Origin: Octopus bimaculoides
Taxonomy: Eukaryota
Direction of reading: 5' to 3'
DNA length: 63,502 nt
NCBI RefSeq assembly: GCF_001194135.2
Contig: NC_068998.1
Coordinates: 20,401,352 to 20,464,853, forward strand
This document shows, piece after piece, positions 1 to 11,010 of the stretch. A program made the position numbers and the translations under genes. The notes under the pieces were generated by a model. The model was not told the origin of the DNA, searched no databases, and saw only the letters and a program-made list of their open reading frames with translations. The stretch's first letter is position 1; each line of letters opens with the position of its first letter.

Positions 1-351
1 ATATATATGTATGTATGTATGTATAGATAGATAGATAGATAGATAGGTAGATAGATAGATAGATGTGTATATGTGTGTATAAGTATTCATCTATCTATCT
101 CTCTATCTAAGCAAAGATAACTATATCTATCTATATACATACATATAGACATTTTATGATCCACAAAGATCAGAACTTAACTGCAGCTCTTGGTGGTCCA
201 AATTGGATATTCTATCTATGTGGATATCTTTTCAGAACATTGTCTGGTTTAAAAAGCCACATCAGATGCCATGATGGTTCTAAGGTGTAGGTACAGGAGG
301 TGGTCAAACTCTGCATAAGGAGTAGACAACCACCATATGTATCTCTGTATT

Positions 352-555
352 CTTTTACTATTTTACTTGTTTGAGTCATTTCATTGCAGCCATGCTGGGG
401 CATCGCCTTAAAGGGTTTTTAGTCGAAGAAATCGATCGCATGACTTATTCTTTGTAAGCCAATTACTTTTTCTATTAATTCTTTTGCCGAACCACTAAGT
501 TACAGAGACATAAACACACCAACATCAGTTGTCAAGCAATGATGGGTGGACAAAC
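352..555 (-). mobile_element. SINE family A, 3' half
   Basis: Reverse complement of the 3' module seen in the full copy at 27007-27346 (TTGACAACCGATG...GTAACTTAG...GGCAAAAG...AGCATGGC...AAACAAGTAAAA). Followed by a (CA)n tract. Confidence 0.8.
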
Positions 556-581
556 ATGGACACAGACACACACACAAACAC

Positions 582-629
<48 letters not shown>

Positions 630-630
<1 letters not shown>

Positions 631-1510
631 AAAATAAACCCTTATACTTGGCTTTTGTTAACTTGGAGAAAGCCTTTGACAGGGTCCCTCGATCCCTTAT
701 CTGGTGGGCGATGCGGAAGCTAGGGATAGATGAGAGGTTAGTAAGAGCTGTGCAGTAAGGTAAGGATCGGCAATGAGTATAGTGAAGAATTTTCTGGGTC
801 GAAGGAGGGGTTCACCACGGATCAGTCCTCAGCCCCCTCTGTTATTGCCTGGATCAGTCCTCCAGGCAATAACAGGAATTCAAGACAGGCTGCTCCTAGG
901 AGCTCCTCTATGCAGATGACCTTGCTCTCATAGCTGAATCACAACCAGAACTAGAGAAGAAATTTCAGGTGTGGAATCAATGTCTAGAATCAAAGGGCCT
1001 TAGAGTCAATGTCGCAAAACCAAAGTCCTAGTAAGTAGGAAAGTGAACAAATCACAAACCCTTTCAGGTAGATGGCCCTGCTCGATCTGTAGAAAAGATG
1101 TAGGTAGAAACGCCATGAGATGTACCTAGTGTAAGCTATGGACACATAAAAGGTGCAGCAACATCAAAAGAAGGTTAACCGGGATGAACACCGAAGATGT
1201 ACAGAAAACAGATTCCATTACATGTCAGGGGGAGAAACTAGAAGTAGTTGATAGCTTCTGCTACATAGGTGACCAAGTCTGTAGAGGGGGGTGGATGCTC
1301 AGAGTGTTACCATTAGAATAAGAATAGCCTGGGCAAAGTTAAGAAAGCTCCTACCTCGGCTGGTGACAAAGGGCCTGTCGCTCAGAGTGAAAAGTAGACT
1401 CTATGATGCATGTGTGTGAACAGCCATGCTACACAGCAGTGAAACATGGGCCATGACTGTTGAGGATATATGTAGGCTTGAAAGAAACGAAGCTAGTATG
1501 ATCCACTGTA
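630..1510 (+). mobile_element. RTE-clade LINE reverse transcriptase fragment, degenerate
   Basis: Translates in broken frames to KPLYLAFVNLEKAFDRVPRSLIWWAMRKLG, GVHHGSVLSPL, ELLYADDLALIAES (YADD at 909-920), EVVDSFCYIGD and AMLHSSETWAMT. Stops and frameshifts present. Confidence 0.9.
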
Positions 1511-2093
1511 TATACACGTACATACATCTTTCACTTTGTCCTCCCTTTCAGTTTCTGCTCTCTTTAAAGCATAAACAAACAAAAAAATTCTTATGGAAAT
1601 TAAGGAACAATCATATGATCCCCTATGATCAAACATATGATCGAATTGACAACTTTGTTGCTTGAAACAAAAGAATACCATGAAATAACTTCATTTGGCA
1701 CACACACACACACACACGCTAGTTGAAACTTCTGTATGAATTATGTTATTTCTTGTTGCGTGCATGCACAAAATTGTTGTTCAAATCCAACTGAAATTAC
1801 CTTTTTCTATTCTGTAATTCATGTTTGTGATGAGCGTATTTAAAAACCTGATCTTCAATATAAACTTAAAAGGAAGTTCTTCTTTTAGTCATTGTTGTAT
1901 AGCCCTGGATTAACTCTGAAGAAGCAGATTTAGGAAAGAGGATGTTCCCGTCAAGGCAATTCTGTCTTTTTTTCTTTCTTTCTGCATGCCAGAAACTAAA
2001 TTATCCAGTCTTCTTGCTTTTCTTTAAGACCACAGTATGTGATTTGAAAGAGATGAGACCATTATTTCTAGCAGTTCAAATAACCACTTAGTG

Positions 2094-2215
2094 CAGTCAT
2101 GGGCAAACTGTGGGCTGTGGGCCTTTCTGATTAGTACACCTAATGAAAAATTACCTGATGATGAGCCATGGCTAATGCATGTGACCCACTTCTTGAAAAA
2201 GGTTGTCCTTGCCAC
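2094..2215 (+). mobile_element. hAT-like MITE (CAGxCATGGGCAAACTG family)
   Basis: Homologous to 18537-18685 (-) and 58788-58932 (+). TSD is not clear in this copy. Confidence 0.6.
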
Positions 2216-2367
2216 ACTTTGATGCTAGCATCCATCTCTGCTCAAATATGTTTATGCAATTTGCCCTCTGCATGTATGTTCGTGTGTGTGTGAGCATGCA
2301 CTTTACTCATTGTATATTTGTTGATGTCGATGTGTCCAAAACTTTCACGTTATTATACATGATTTAA

Positions 2368-2578
2368 CCCTTTAGCATTTTAACTGGCCAAATCCAGCCA
2401 AAATGTTCTACTTCTTTCATGTTCAAATAGGACAGATCTGATCTCTCACACCTACCCCCACAGTGTCATTTTAAAAATAAATAATCACATCATCAAAATC
2501 TTGTAGCTACAAGATAATGCATGGTTAATTCAAAACAATGTGAATAAATAAGCATTACTTTTGACAATAATCAAAGGG
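2368..2578 (+). mobile_element. piggyBac-like MITE (TTAA-CCCTTTAGCATT)
   Basis: TTAA at 2364-2367, starts CCCTTT, ends AAAGGG then CTAA. Further copies at about 45090-45240, 51538-51747 and 61982-62189. Confidence 0.7.
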
Positions 2579-2852
2579 CTAAGGAAGATTTTCTCAAGTG
2601 TCTCAAAAGGGTCACATTTGTAAAATGATTTAGCAGGAAGATAGATAGGGGCACACATGACTATGAGGTAAACAAGTTTACTTCACAACCATCTCATTTC
2701 AGGTTACATTGCACAGCATCTTGGGTAAATGTCTTCTACTATAACCCCAGGCTGACCAATCCCTTAAAAGAGAGAATTTGGTCAACAAAAATTGTAAAGA
2801 ACCTGTTTCTATATATATATATTATATATGATATAATATAATATATATATGT

Positions 2853-3206
2853 GGAGGTGCAATGGCCCAGTGGTTAGGGCAGCGGACTCGCGGTCATAGG
2901 ATCGCCGTTTCGATTCCCAGACCGGGCGTTGTGAGTGTTTATTGAGCGAAAACACCTAAAGCTCCACGCGGCTCCAGCAGGGGATGGTGGTGAACTCTGC
3001 TGTACTCTTCCACCACAACTTTCTTTCACTCTTACTTCCTGTTTCTGTTGTGCCTGTAATTCAAAGGGCCAGCCTTGTCACACTGTGTCACGCTGAATAT
3101 CCCCGAGAACTGTGGAGTGCTCAGCCACTTGCACGTTAATTTCACGAGCAGGCTGTTCCGTTGACCGGATCAACTGGAACCCTCGATGTTGTAAGCGACG
3201 GAGTGC

Positions 3207-3216
<10 letters not shown>
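2853..3216 (+). mobile_element. tRNA-derived SINE family B, full length
   Basis: Pol III A box TGGCCCAGTGG (2863-2873) and B box GTTTCGATTCC (2907-2917). Ends in an (AAC)n/A tail. Related reverse copy at about 27860-28180. Confidence 0.85.
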
Positions 3217-3251
<35 letters not shown>

Positions 3252-3889
3252 TATATACAAAATATACATATATTATATATATAATATGATAAATTTACAA
3301 AGAAACATCCAGAGGAACAGTTATAGGGTAGCCAAATGTCACATAAGCGCCTAAGAAATTAGTAATCACACTTGCATGGGTGTTAATTCTGAGGAGAAGT
3401 GAGGCATATTTTGGAGAACATAAGAATAACGGATAATGGAGACAAACACTCAAGATGTTATTTAAATCATTTATATCACCATATCACCTACATATGTTTC
3501 GATTGATGCATTAAAATAAATCCAGGAGAAAGAATAATGTGGGGAAAATGCATCAATCTCATCAAGGAGGAGATTATAAACAACAGTGCTCATCAATAAG
3601 TCATTTTGACAAATGTAAGAAACTACAATATAATATATATATGGAAAACAAAGGTGGATAGGGAATGCTAGTAATTTTAGAATACTGTTAAGAAATTTGA
3701 TGTCATAGGACAAGAGAAGGAGAGAAGGAAGAGAGAAAGAGAATTAAGGGAGTAATGGAGGTATAAACAAATAGAAAGTGAATGACAGATAGAGAAGATG
3801 AAGGAAAGAATAGGAAGTATGGGTTGAAAAAAAGTTTAAGTTGCAGATATTATTAGGTAAGGAGTCATATATTATTTGAAACAGCTGAA

Positions 3890-4850
3890 AGTGTTTTTTT
3901 TTTTTCCAGTGTAAACACCCGTAAACACTTTCTTTATAGGTGTTGGCCAGTGTGTGTTTGGGAAAAGGGATAAATAGTTGTTCATCCATACAAAGAGAGC
4001 AGAAAGATTTCTCTCTATCATAGGGAAATGATCTTGACCCAATCCAAAGAAAATCGTTTATTACAGTCTTTGCTATAAACTGTTTACTAACTTCTTTCTT
4101 TTTTTTTTTTCTTTTCTGGAAGTGTCGCAGAAGTGGTCTCACGAAGCTTCTTCCGGAATTCCTCATGAGAAGTGTGTGAGGTCGGCTATGTTTCAATCTC
4201 GTGTGTGTTGGTATATCTGTGGCGCTGCTTCTAAGTTATGTGTTATACGTGCAGCTTCTTTTTTTAATTTTTTTTTTAATATTTATCCAAAAAAGAAGCA
4301 CACTCTAAAGTATAGAGCAGTAATTTATTTACATGCAGTTAAATATATGTCCAGGTCACTCTATGACCAGATATATATTTACCTGTAGTATTACATTTAT
4401 GAATATATTTAAATGTAGAAAGATGATTGGCAACAGGTTTTTTTAAATTCCGTAGATGAAATGCCCATATAAAAATATTCTTTAGATCCTGCAGAAATTT
4501 TACATTGATAAACAACACTTTTAGTTCTGCAATTTCTGTTGAGAAAGCAAGTTTTATTCGAAACACAATTACAAGGCCTAATACTATTGATACTATTCAA
4601 GGAGAGATTATCATTATTAATAATATTGTTATTACAGTTATTAAATGAAACTCTTTTACCATTAAGAATATAGTTGTTATGCAAGGATATAATCTGTAGG
4701 AGGTTATTAGTGCTGGAGAAACCAATTTGGATATGATGAGTGTTGAAAATAGAGTGGTACCTGGAATTTTAGGGAAAGTTCCTTTCAATGGTTTGACAAT
4801 ATAGGTAAGGAAGGTTACTTTTAATTTGTTTTCCAAATGTAATAATAAAC
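3890..4850 (-). mobile_element. Penelope-like element: linker and GIY-YIG endonuclease remnant, interrupted
   Basis: Minus strand reads IERNFP*NSRYHSIFNTHHIQIGFSSTNNLLQIISLHN...PCNCVSNKTCFLNRNCRTKSVVYQCK...YFYMGISSTEFKK/VANHLSTFK. After an insertion it reads WIGSRSFPYDREKSFCSLCMDEQLFIPFPKHTLANTYKESVYGCLH. These match Penelope C-terminal motifs. Confidence 0.8.
4065..4259. repeat. ~195 bp direct repeat, copy 1
   Basis: Nearly identical to 5193-5389, differing by two substitutions and poly-T length. Confidence 0.95.
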
Positions 4851-5135
4851 CAGTTTTACTAGGATCATGCAATTTATAGGGAGATTTCTCATTAAAAAAC
4901 CTGAAGTTTTTTTTATTGTTACAGAAAATGAGTGGAGAAATATAGTTACCTCCCTTAGACTGTTTATTTTTTTTAATTTACCAAAATTGGGTTCTGGCTA
5001 TTTCAATATAAGGAGTTATTATCTGGATTATTACCTATGGGAGAAGCATTATTATTATTGTAAAGAATAAAAAGTTTTGAATGGTACAACAATGCACTAT
5101 AATACAAAAAAATGGACTATATACTTGCTTTAGTT

Positions 5136-5190
5136 ATCTAAAGTCCGATGATATTTCGGAATACAATTCCTTCTTCAGATCTTCTTAGAT
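5136..5190 (-). ncRNA. Minimal type I hammerhead ribozyme (Penelope-associated)
   Basis: Minus strand reads AUCUAAGAAGAU-CUGAAGA-A-GGAAU-UGU-AUUCC-GAAA-UAUC-AUCGGACUUUAGAU. It has an intact core, a 5-bp stem II, a palindromic AUAU stem III, an AUC triplet, and stem I GAU/AUC plus AUCUAA/UUAGAU. Confidence 0.7.
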
Positions 5191-5192
5191 GG

Positions 5193-5389
5193 AGTCTCTG
5201 CTATAAACTGTTTACTAACTTCTTTCTTTTTTTTTTTTTTCTTTTCTGGAAGTGTCGCAGAAGTGGTCTCACGAAGCTTCTTCCGGAATTCCTCATGAGA
5301 AGTGCGTGAGGTCGGCTATGTTTCAATCTCGTGTGTGTTGGTATATCTGTGGCGCTGCTTCTAAGTTATGTGTTATACGTGCAGCTTCT
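5193..5389. repeat. ~195 bp direct repeat, copy 2
   Basis: Duplicate of 4065-4259. Followed by poly-T and an N gap. Confidence 0.95.
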
Positions 5390-5656
5390 CTTTTTTTTTT
5401 TTTTNNNNNNNNNNNNNNNNNNNNNNNNNNNNNNNNNNNNNNNNNNNNNNNNNNNNNNNNNNNNNNNNNNNNNNNNNNNNNNNNNNNNNNNNNNNNNNNN
5501 NNNNNNNNNNNNNNNNNNNNNNNNNNNNNNNNNNNNNNNNNNNNNNNNNNNNNNNNNNNNNNNNNNNNNNNNATATAGGGCAGGGAATTGCCAATTAGTA
5601 ATAAAAATTAATAATTAACAATTTTGCCAAGTAGCCCTATATATTTATGATTATTT

Positions 5657-5709
<53 letters not shown>

Positions 5710-6123
5710 GATTATGTGTATGCATGGACGTTGATATTTGAAAGCCCTGTTTGTCTCTGCTTGAATGAAACATTTATTTGTTTGACTTCCTTTTTGACAT
5801 TATAACCAGTCTCTCTGTGCTTTTGAAGACATGTGGACCTTACTTGAAAAATAAACAAGTGTTGGTGATAGGAAGAGAATTTGTAGGCTCATTGCTGCAA
5901 AACTAATTTGGGACAATACTTTGGCAGCAGTGGTTTGAGTTCAGAGAGCAAAGGAACAAAATGAATACAACAAGATGTTCTATTCAATGCTATCACAACA
6001 GACAATTCGCTACCTGTTTACATCTCAGTGGGTTGAGTCATTATAGAATTAAGTACCTTGACTAATATCTCAATATATTCAGTAGTATGCTAAGAATTCT
6101 TGACCTTTTGTCTGTTACTTCAC

Positions 6124-6278
6124 CAGGAGTGGTCCCAGGGATTTTTTTAAGGGAAGGTACAAGGTCAGAAGGGTATATAATTCCAGGGGAAAAGGGTGTA
6201 ATAAGATTATTTAGAAGGTCACACTTCTTTTCTTGAGGGGGCACATGCCCCTCAGGCACCCCTTTGGGTCCACCCCTG
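6124..6278 (-). mobile_element. MITE with CAGGGGTGG(A/T)CCC TIRs, copy 1
   Basis: Termini CAGGAGTGGTCCC and GGGTCCACCCCTG. Flanks TTCAC/TTCAG. Homologous to 9018-9184. Confidence 0.75.
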
Positions 6279-7239
6279 TTCAGTAGCCTATCTATACAGT
6301 TATTTACATTCATGTTTCTCACTTTGTTGCTGAGGTTGTTTATTAACATTTCAGCCTGATTGATCACAAATGTTTCAGCTGTGACCATGTCATCTTTTAT
6401 TGAAACATAATATGCCTAGGTCTAGGACCATATTATCTAATACATTACTCTTAGTTTAAGATAGCCAGGCATGATTTGAGGAGATTGGCTGCTTTTATAG
6501 CTGGTCAATTGACAACATAAACACTCCCTAATTGGTTTGTGATTTTCTGTTATGCTGTTGGGTAGACTTAGGTCAACCTTCATTAAACAACTTATGATCA
6601 AAGACATTCTAACCATGGCCATAACATTTTTTAGGGGTTTCTAAAACTAAATTCAACAATGTGTTCTAATCTCATTTGAGGCAACAGAATATGATATAGG
6701 AAAACAGCTGCTATTTCTAGTAGGTCAAGTGACTATGTAGAGGTTCCCTCACTTGCTTGTGTTTTTCTATATATATCATATGTAAATGTGGACCTTAGAT
6801 AGATAAGACATAAACAAATTTTTTTTTAAACTGGTAACAATAATTAAACAATCCTTTGTATTTCTTATTTATATTATTTATAATTTCTACATTTACATAC
6901 ATCACATTAAACGATATTCTTTGAACATTCCTAGCTAAATAATTAATCAATTGTTTATATTGAACTGGTTAATTAAAGTCCAGAGTTAGATTCAATCAAA
7001 GAGTTTAAATATCTAATTGTTTAAGATATTGGACTATCAGCACATGTGTCTTTGACTTTAATTCTTTGTATCTAGACAAACAGGACATTTGATTACACAT
7101 GTTTTACTTTACCTACTTCTTGGATGAAAGTACCATTTTTTTTAGGTAATGGCACTTCATTGCTCAGAATTAGGGGAGTGCTTTTGAAGATGAATACATA
7201 TTACAAACAAATAATTCGGATATGTTTGTCTTTAATCTT

Positions 7240-7767
7240 TTACTTGTTTTGATCATTGAACTGTGGCCATGCTAGGGCACCACCTTGAAGGCTTATTCAA
7301 ACAAATTGGCCTCAGTACTTACCTTTTTAAGTTTGGTACTTATTCTGCCAGTCTCTTTTGCTGAACTGCTAGGTTCAGCAAAATACATCATCGATTGTCA
7401 AACAAGGGAATGGACAAACACAAACACACATATACATAATGTATATATATTAATCAAAGTGTACAGTATTATATATCCATTACAGCCAAACTTACCAATC
7501 AGTTTCGCACTAGGGGTTCAATGGAATGTTAGATAGCAGCCCAATTATCTAACCTTGCGCTCTTCAGAGATAGCAGGTATGGCTTCCACACAGTTTCTGT
7601 CTACCAAATTCATAAATTTTATCTATCAAATTCATAAATTCATTCATAAATCATTGGGCAGCCCAGGGCTATAATAGAAGACACTTGTTCAAAGTGCCTT
7701 GTAGTGGGATTGAACCTGAAATCATATGGTTGTGAAGCAAGCTTCATATTCACACAGTCATGCCTAC
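7240..7767 (-). mobile_element. SINE family A, split copy (3' half 7240-7430, 5' half 7580-7767)
   Basis: Both modules are recognisable by similarity to 27007-27346. Confidence 0.7.
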
Positions 7768-8809
7768 ATCAGTTATTTTTACAAGAGGACATATAAATTT
7801 CACACATACATAAAGGACAAGAACAACTTAATCAATTTACTTACATTGCTCAAGTAACACTATTTAACATTTATACTTCCCACACTATAATATCACATAC
7901 AGTAATCTAAATATTCTGCTGTTTTCCGTGTTCAGTATTATATTCTTGGGTAGCTTATATTTATAATATTACTCTATGTCTTTCATTTTTACTGTAATGA
8001 GAGAAGGCAAAGCTCCATCAAACTCCAGTATTTTGGGGGGAGGAGTTAAGCTGATTATCTTATCGATAAAAGGCAGATTTTCTCTCTCTCTGTGTGTGTG
8101 TGTGTGTATGTTTAAAATTCATACATTTACACAATTCCAAATTTCTTGGAACCCCAGTGCTTCACTGATACTTAGTTCATCGACCCCAAAAAGATGAAAG
8201 GCAAAGTCGACCTCGTAGGAATTTGAACTCGTAATAATAACAACTATTTGAAATAATAATTGTTTCAGAAAGCCAGCGGAATAGTTGATTACATCGACCT
8301 CATTACTGAGCAGTACTTTATTTCATCAACCTCAAAAGCTAAAGTTAACCCCAAATAATTATTTCTCTATTTAACACAAGAACAACACAAAATAAAAACA
8401 GGACAACACCGCTGCAAAGTAAGATAAATAAGTAAAAAGAGGACTGCGTTGTGACATTAGCTTATGTATAAAATGGAAAAAATATAATATTAAAAAATAA
8501 TAGAGATTAATAAGTGGCAATAATTTCAAGAAAATTAATTGATATTAATAGGTGGATATTCGTATATTATCCTGTGTACTTGGCTGCATCCGAAAAGAAT
8601 AGATAACCACGTTAGCCGAAGTTACACTGTGACAAAAAAATTTTGAGTCTAAGGGAAGCAACTCTTACTCTTTTGTTAGACGGAAAGTATTTTACTTTAC
8701 CGAAGGTTTTCAAAGATGTTTTACTTTAACAATCACATGGAAACAGTGAGTCCATACTAGGTTGTGACTTTATTTTTAAGTGTGGAACTTACAAGTCCTT
8801 ATAAGTCAG

Positions 8810-9017
8810 ACAGCCTTATAGTCCCAGCAGACAAAAGAAAAAGGTGTTGTCCTGGAGGATGGCGAGGGAGTTGCGTGCACTGGAATAGTCACTCTGACTC
8901 ACAGGGCCCGCACTTGCGGCCAGCCACTTCCGTCCCGATAGCGGTGAGCAAAGATATGGTCCAGGGGTCAAGAACGCCGGAGGTCTCCACTATCACAGGT
9001 ATGACCAAGGACCTAAG
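8810..9017 (-). mobile_element. RLE-type (CRE/R2-like) non-LTR retrotransposon C-terminal fragment 1
   Basis: Minus strand reads VIPVIVETSGVLDPWTISLLTAIGTEVAGRKCGPCESE*LFQC, typical of the restriction-like endonuclease C-terminus. Confidence 0.7.
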
Positions 9018-9184
9018 CAGGGGTGGACCCAAGGGAGCGGTTGGTGGGGACTGAGGGGCACGTCCCTCCACTCAAGAAATGAAGTGCACCCTTCTAAATA
9101 ATGTTATTACGCCCTTTTCTCCTGGAATTGTATTCCCTTCTGTCCTTGTGCCCTCCCTTTAAAATGTTCCCGGGACCACACTTG
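9018..9184 (+). mobile_element. MITE with CAGGGGTGG TIRs, copy 2
   Basis: CAGGGGTGGACCC...GGGACCACACTTG flanked by CTAAG on both sides (9013-9017, 9185-9189). Confidence 0.8.
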
Positions 9185-9239
9185 CTAAGAAAAAAAAAAG
9201 ATTATTTGAGAAAACAGCGCTATTTAAACTTATATATGA

Positions 9240-9390
9240 CTGAGGTTAAGAAGCCGGCCCTGCAACCAGGTGATTTTGGATTCAGTCCTTCAGTGCAACA
9301 CCTAGGGCAAATGTCTTCTACTAAAGTCCCGAGCCCAATGCCTTGTGAGTGAATTTGGTAGACGAAAACTGTTTGGAAGCCCGTCATCTG
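9240..9390 (+). mobile_element. SINE family A, 5' half, diverged
   Basis: GGTTAAG...GGATTCAGTCC...CCTAGGGCAAATGTCTTCTACTA...GAAGCCCGTC followed by (TG)n. Confidence 0.7.
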
Positions 9391-9879
9391 TGTGTGAGTG
9401 TGTATGCGTGTGCGTGCGCGTGTTTTAATCTCATGGCCTTTGAAAGAACTTTCTGGAGACATTACTTTATCAGGCCAACCTCCCGTGTTTTTGAATTTGT
9501 TAGTTCAATCTCCTGTGATGTGTCAGTGGCCATTGACATCTGAAGAATCAAAACAAATCCTGACGTCATAGCCTCTTGATACTGGACGATCCTGTGGAGT
9601 TTCATCTTCTTCACGTCACACCTATGTCAGTAGTTGTAAGTTTTATACATAATGACATTGTTACTGAAACTTGAAATTAATGAATGCTGAATACAGTTAC
9701 GTATAACTAATGAAATATTTCGCCTAATATAACAGAAATGAGCGTGCATTTATGCAACTCATTTGTTGAAAACTGGAAGTCATGGTGGGTATGATGAAGG
9801 GTTTTGTTAGATACAGACTAACTACGGGTAGTAAACTACGAAACCCTTATATTCTCTCGATTTTCTGCAATTCAGACGG

Positions 9880-10110
9880 CCTCATGATCCCAGCAGACAA
9901 AATGGAAAAGGGGTAAGCGTTTCCCCGGAGGAAGGCGAGAGAAATGCACTGGAAGAGCCACTCTGACTAATGGGGATCGCACTTGCAGGTAGCTACCTCC
10001 ACCTCCATAGCAATAATCAGGGATATGGTCCTGGGGGCGGTCCAGAGGTCTCTACTGCCACAGGCTCGACCATTAACCCGTCTGAGAGCGACGGATACTT
10101 TGACCGTTTG
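9880..10110 (-). mobile_element. RLE-type non-LTR retrotransposon C-terminal fragment 2
   Basis: Minus strand reads KYPSLSDGLMVEPVAVETSG / RTISLIIAMEVEVATCKCDPH*SEWLFQCISLAFLRGNAYPFSIL. Homologous to 8810-9017. Confidence 0.75.
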
Positions 10111-10438
10111 CTCTTCCCAACTAGACGTCAAAGTCAAGGTTGAATCAAGGATCATTGCCCCAAATCTAATTATTATAATATATTCTTGTCACACGCTGAT
10201 ACTGTATGTTTTGGCATAGACAAAACATATAATTGCTTCATGAACTCCTTGTACAACACAACAACATCATCCTCATAAAACACATAGAGTCTACGATTGT
10301 CTAGTTGTAGGCTACTGTCATTTATATATTGCAAAGGCAAATTTATGTGTCGTTTTCGTTTTATTATGAGGGTGTTGTTTCATTGCTTCCTATTAAGTTC
10401 GTTTAGAAAAGCAATCATAGATATTTTTCTGATTAGGG

Positions 10439-10831
10439 ATGCCATAAAAAAAAAACACTAAGAAGAAACTATTTGGATGGAACAGAGAGAAAAGGAGAGA
10501 AGTTGCGAATCGAAAGAAAGAATCGTCAAAATGTCAAAGATTGAACGCCAACGTTTCATTCGGCAAACACACGAGGTCTACTGCCCTAGAGGTGGAACTC
10601 TCTGAAGACTTACTAGCTACCAACACCCCAGGAGATGCAGATGGTGCCCGAGCTGTTATAGTTGCTCTTGAAGTGGAAACTTCTAAAGGTGCAGGGGCCG
10701 GTGACAGCACTCAAGCTGCTGCAGATGCACAGGGTGTGGAAGTGGGTCCCCTAGAAAACGTAACCCCTTCTGTAAACGATAGTCCAGAGGAAGAGGATGA
10801 CAACGTAAAACTATGTGCGATCATTGACTAA
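10439..10831 (+). pseudogene. Decayed ORF with basic N-terminus and acidic tail, possibly the N-terminus of a hAT-type transposase
   Basis: ATG CCA TAA then an open frame: KKNTKKKLFGWNREKRREVANRKKESSKCQRLNANVSF...SPEEEDDNVKLCAIID*. The family assignment is only a resemblance. Confidence 0.3.
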
Positions 10832-10859
10832 TCTATAGAATACCCAACAGATTCACACC

Positions 10860-11010
10860 TGCTTTGTGAATTCCGAGTTCAAATTCCGCTGAGGTCGTCT
10901 TTGCTTTCATCCTTTCGGGGCCGATAAAATAAGTACCAGTTGAGTACTGGAGTCTATTCAGTCAACGTACCACTTCGCCTGATATTGCCTTAAGCCAAAA
11001 TTTGAAATCA
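10860..11010 (+). mobile_element. SINE family C fragment
   Basis: GAGTTCAAATTCCGCTGAGGTC...CTTTCATCC...AAATAAGTACCAGTTGAGTACTGG. Similar pieces at about 8140-8240, 34800-35130, 36270-36390, 42940-43075 and 50890-50970. Confidence 0.65.

Noticed and set aside
2853-2930. tRNA gene
   Set aside because: A and B boxes are present but there is no acceptor-stem closure, and the sequence continues into a SINE body.
4069-4384. Insert in the Penelope ORF read as a GT-AG intron
   Set aside because: Splicing would be in frame, but there is no pyrimidine tract on that strand and it would remove the conserved KYI motif.
6062-6388. 108-aa minus-strand ORF as a gene
   Set aside because: Its core is the CAGGGG-terminated MITE, so it is a chance open frame.
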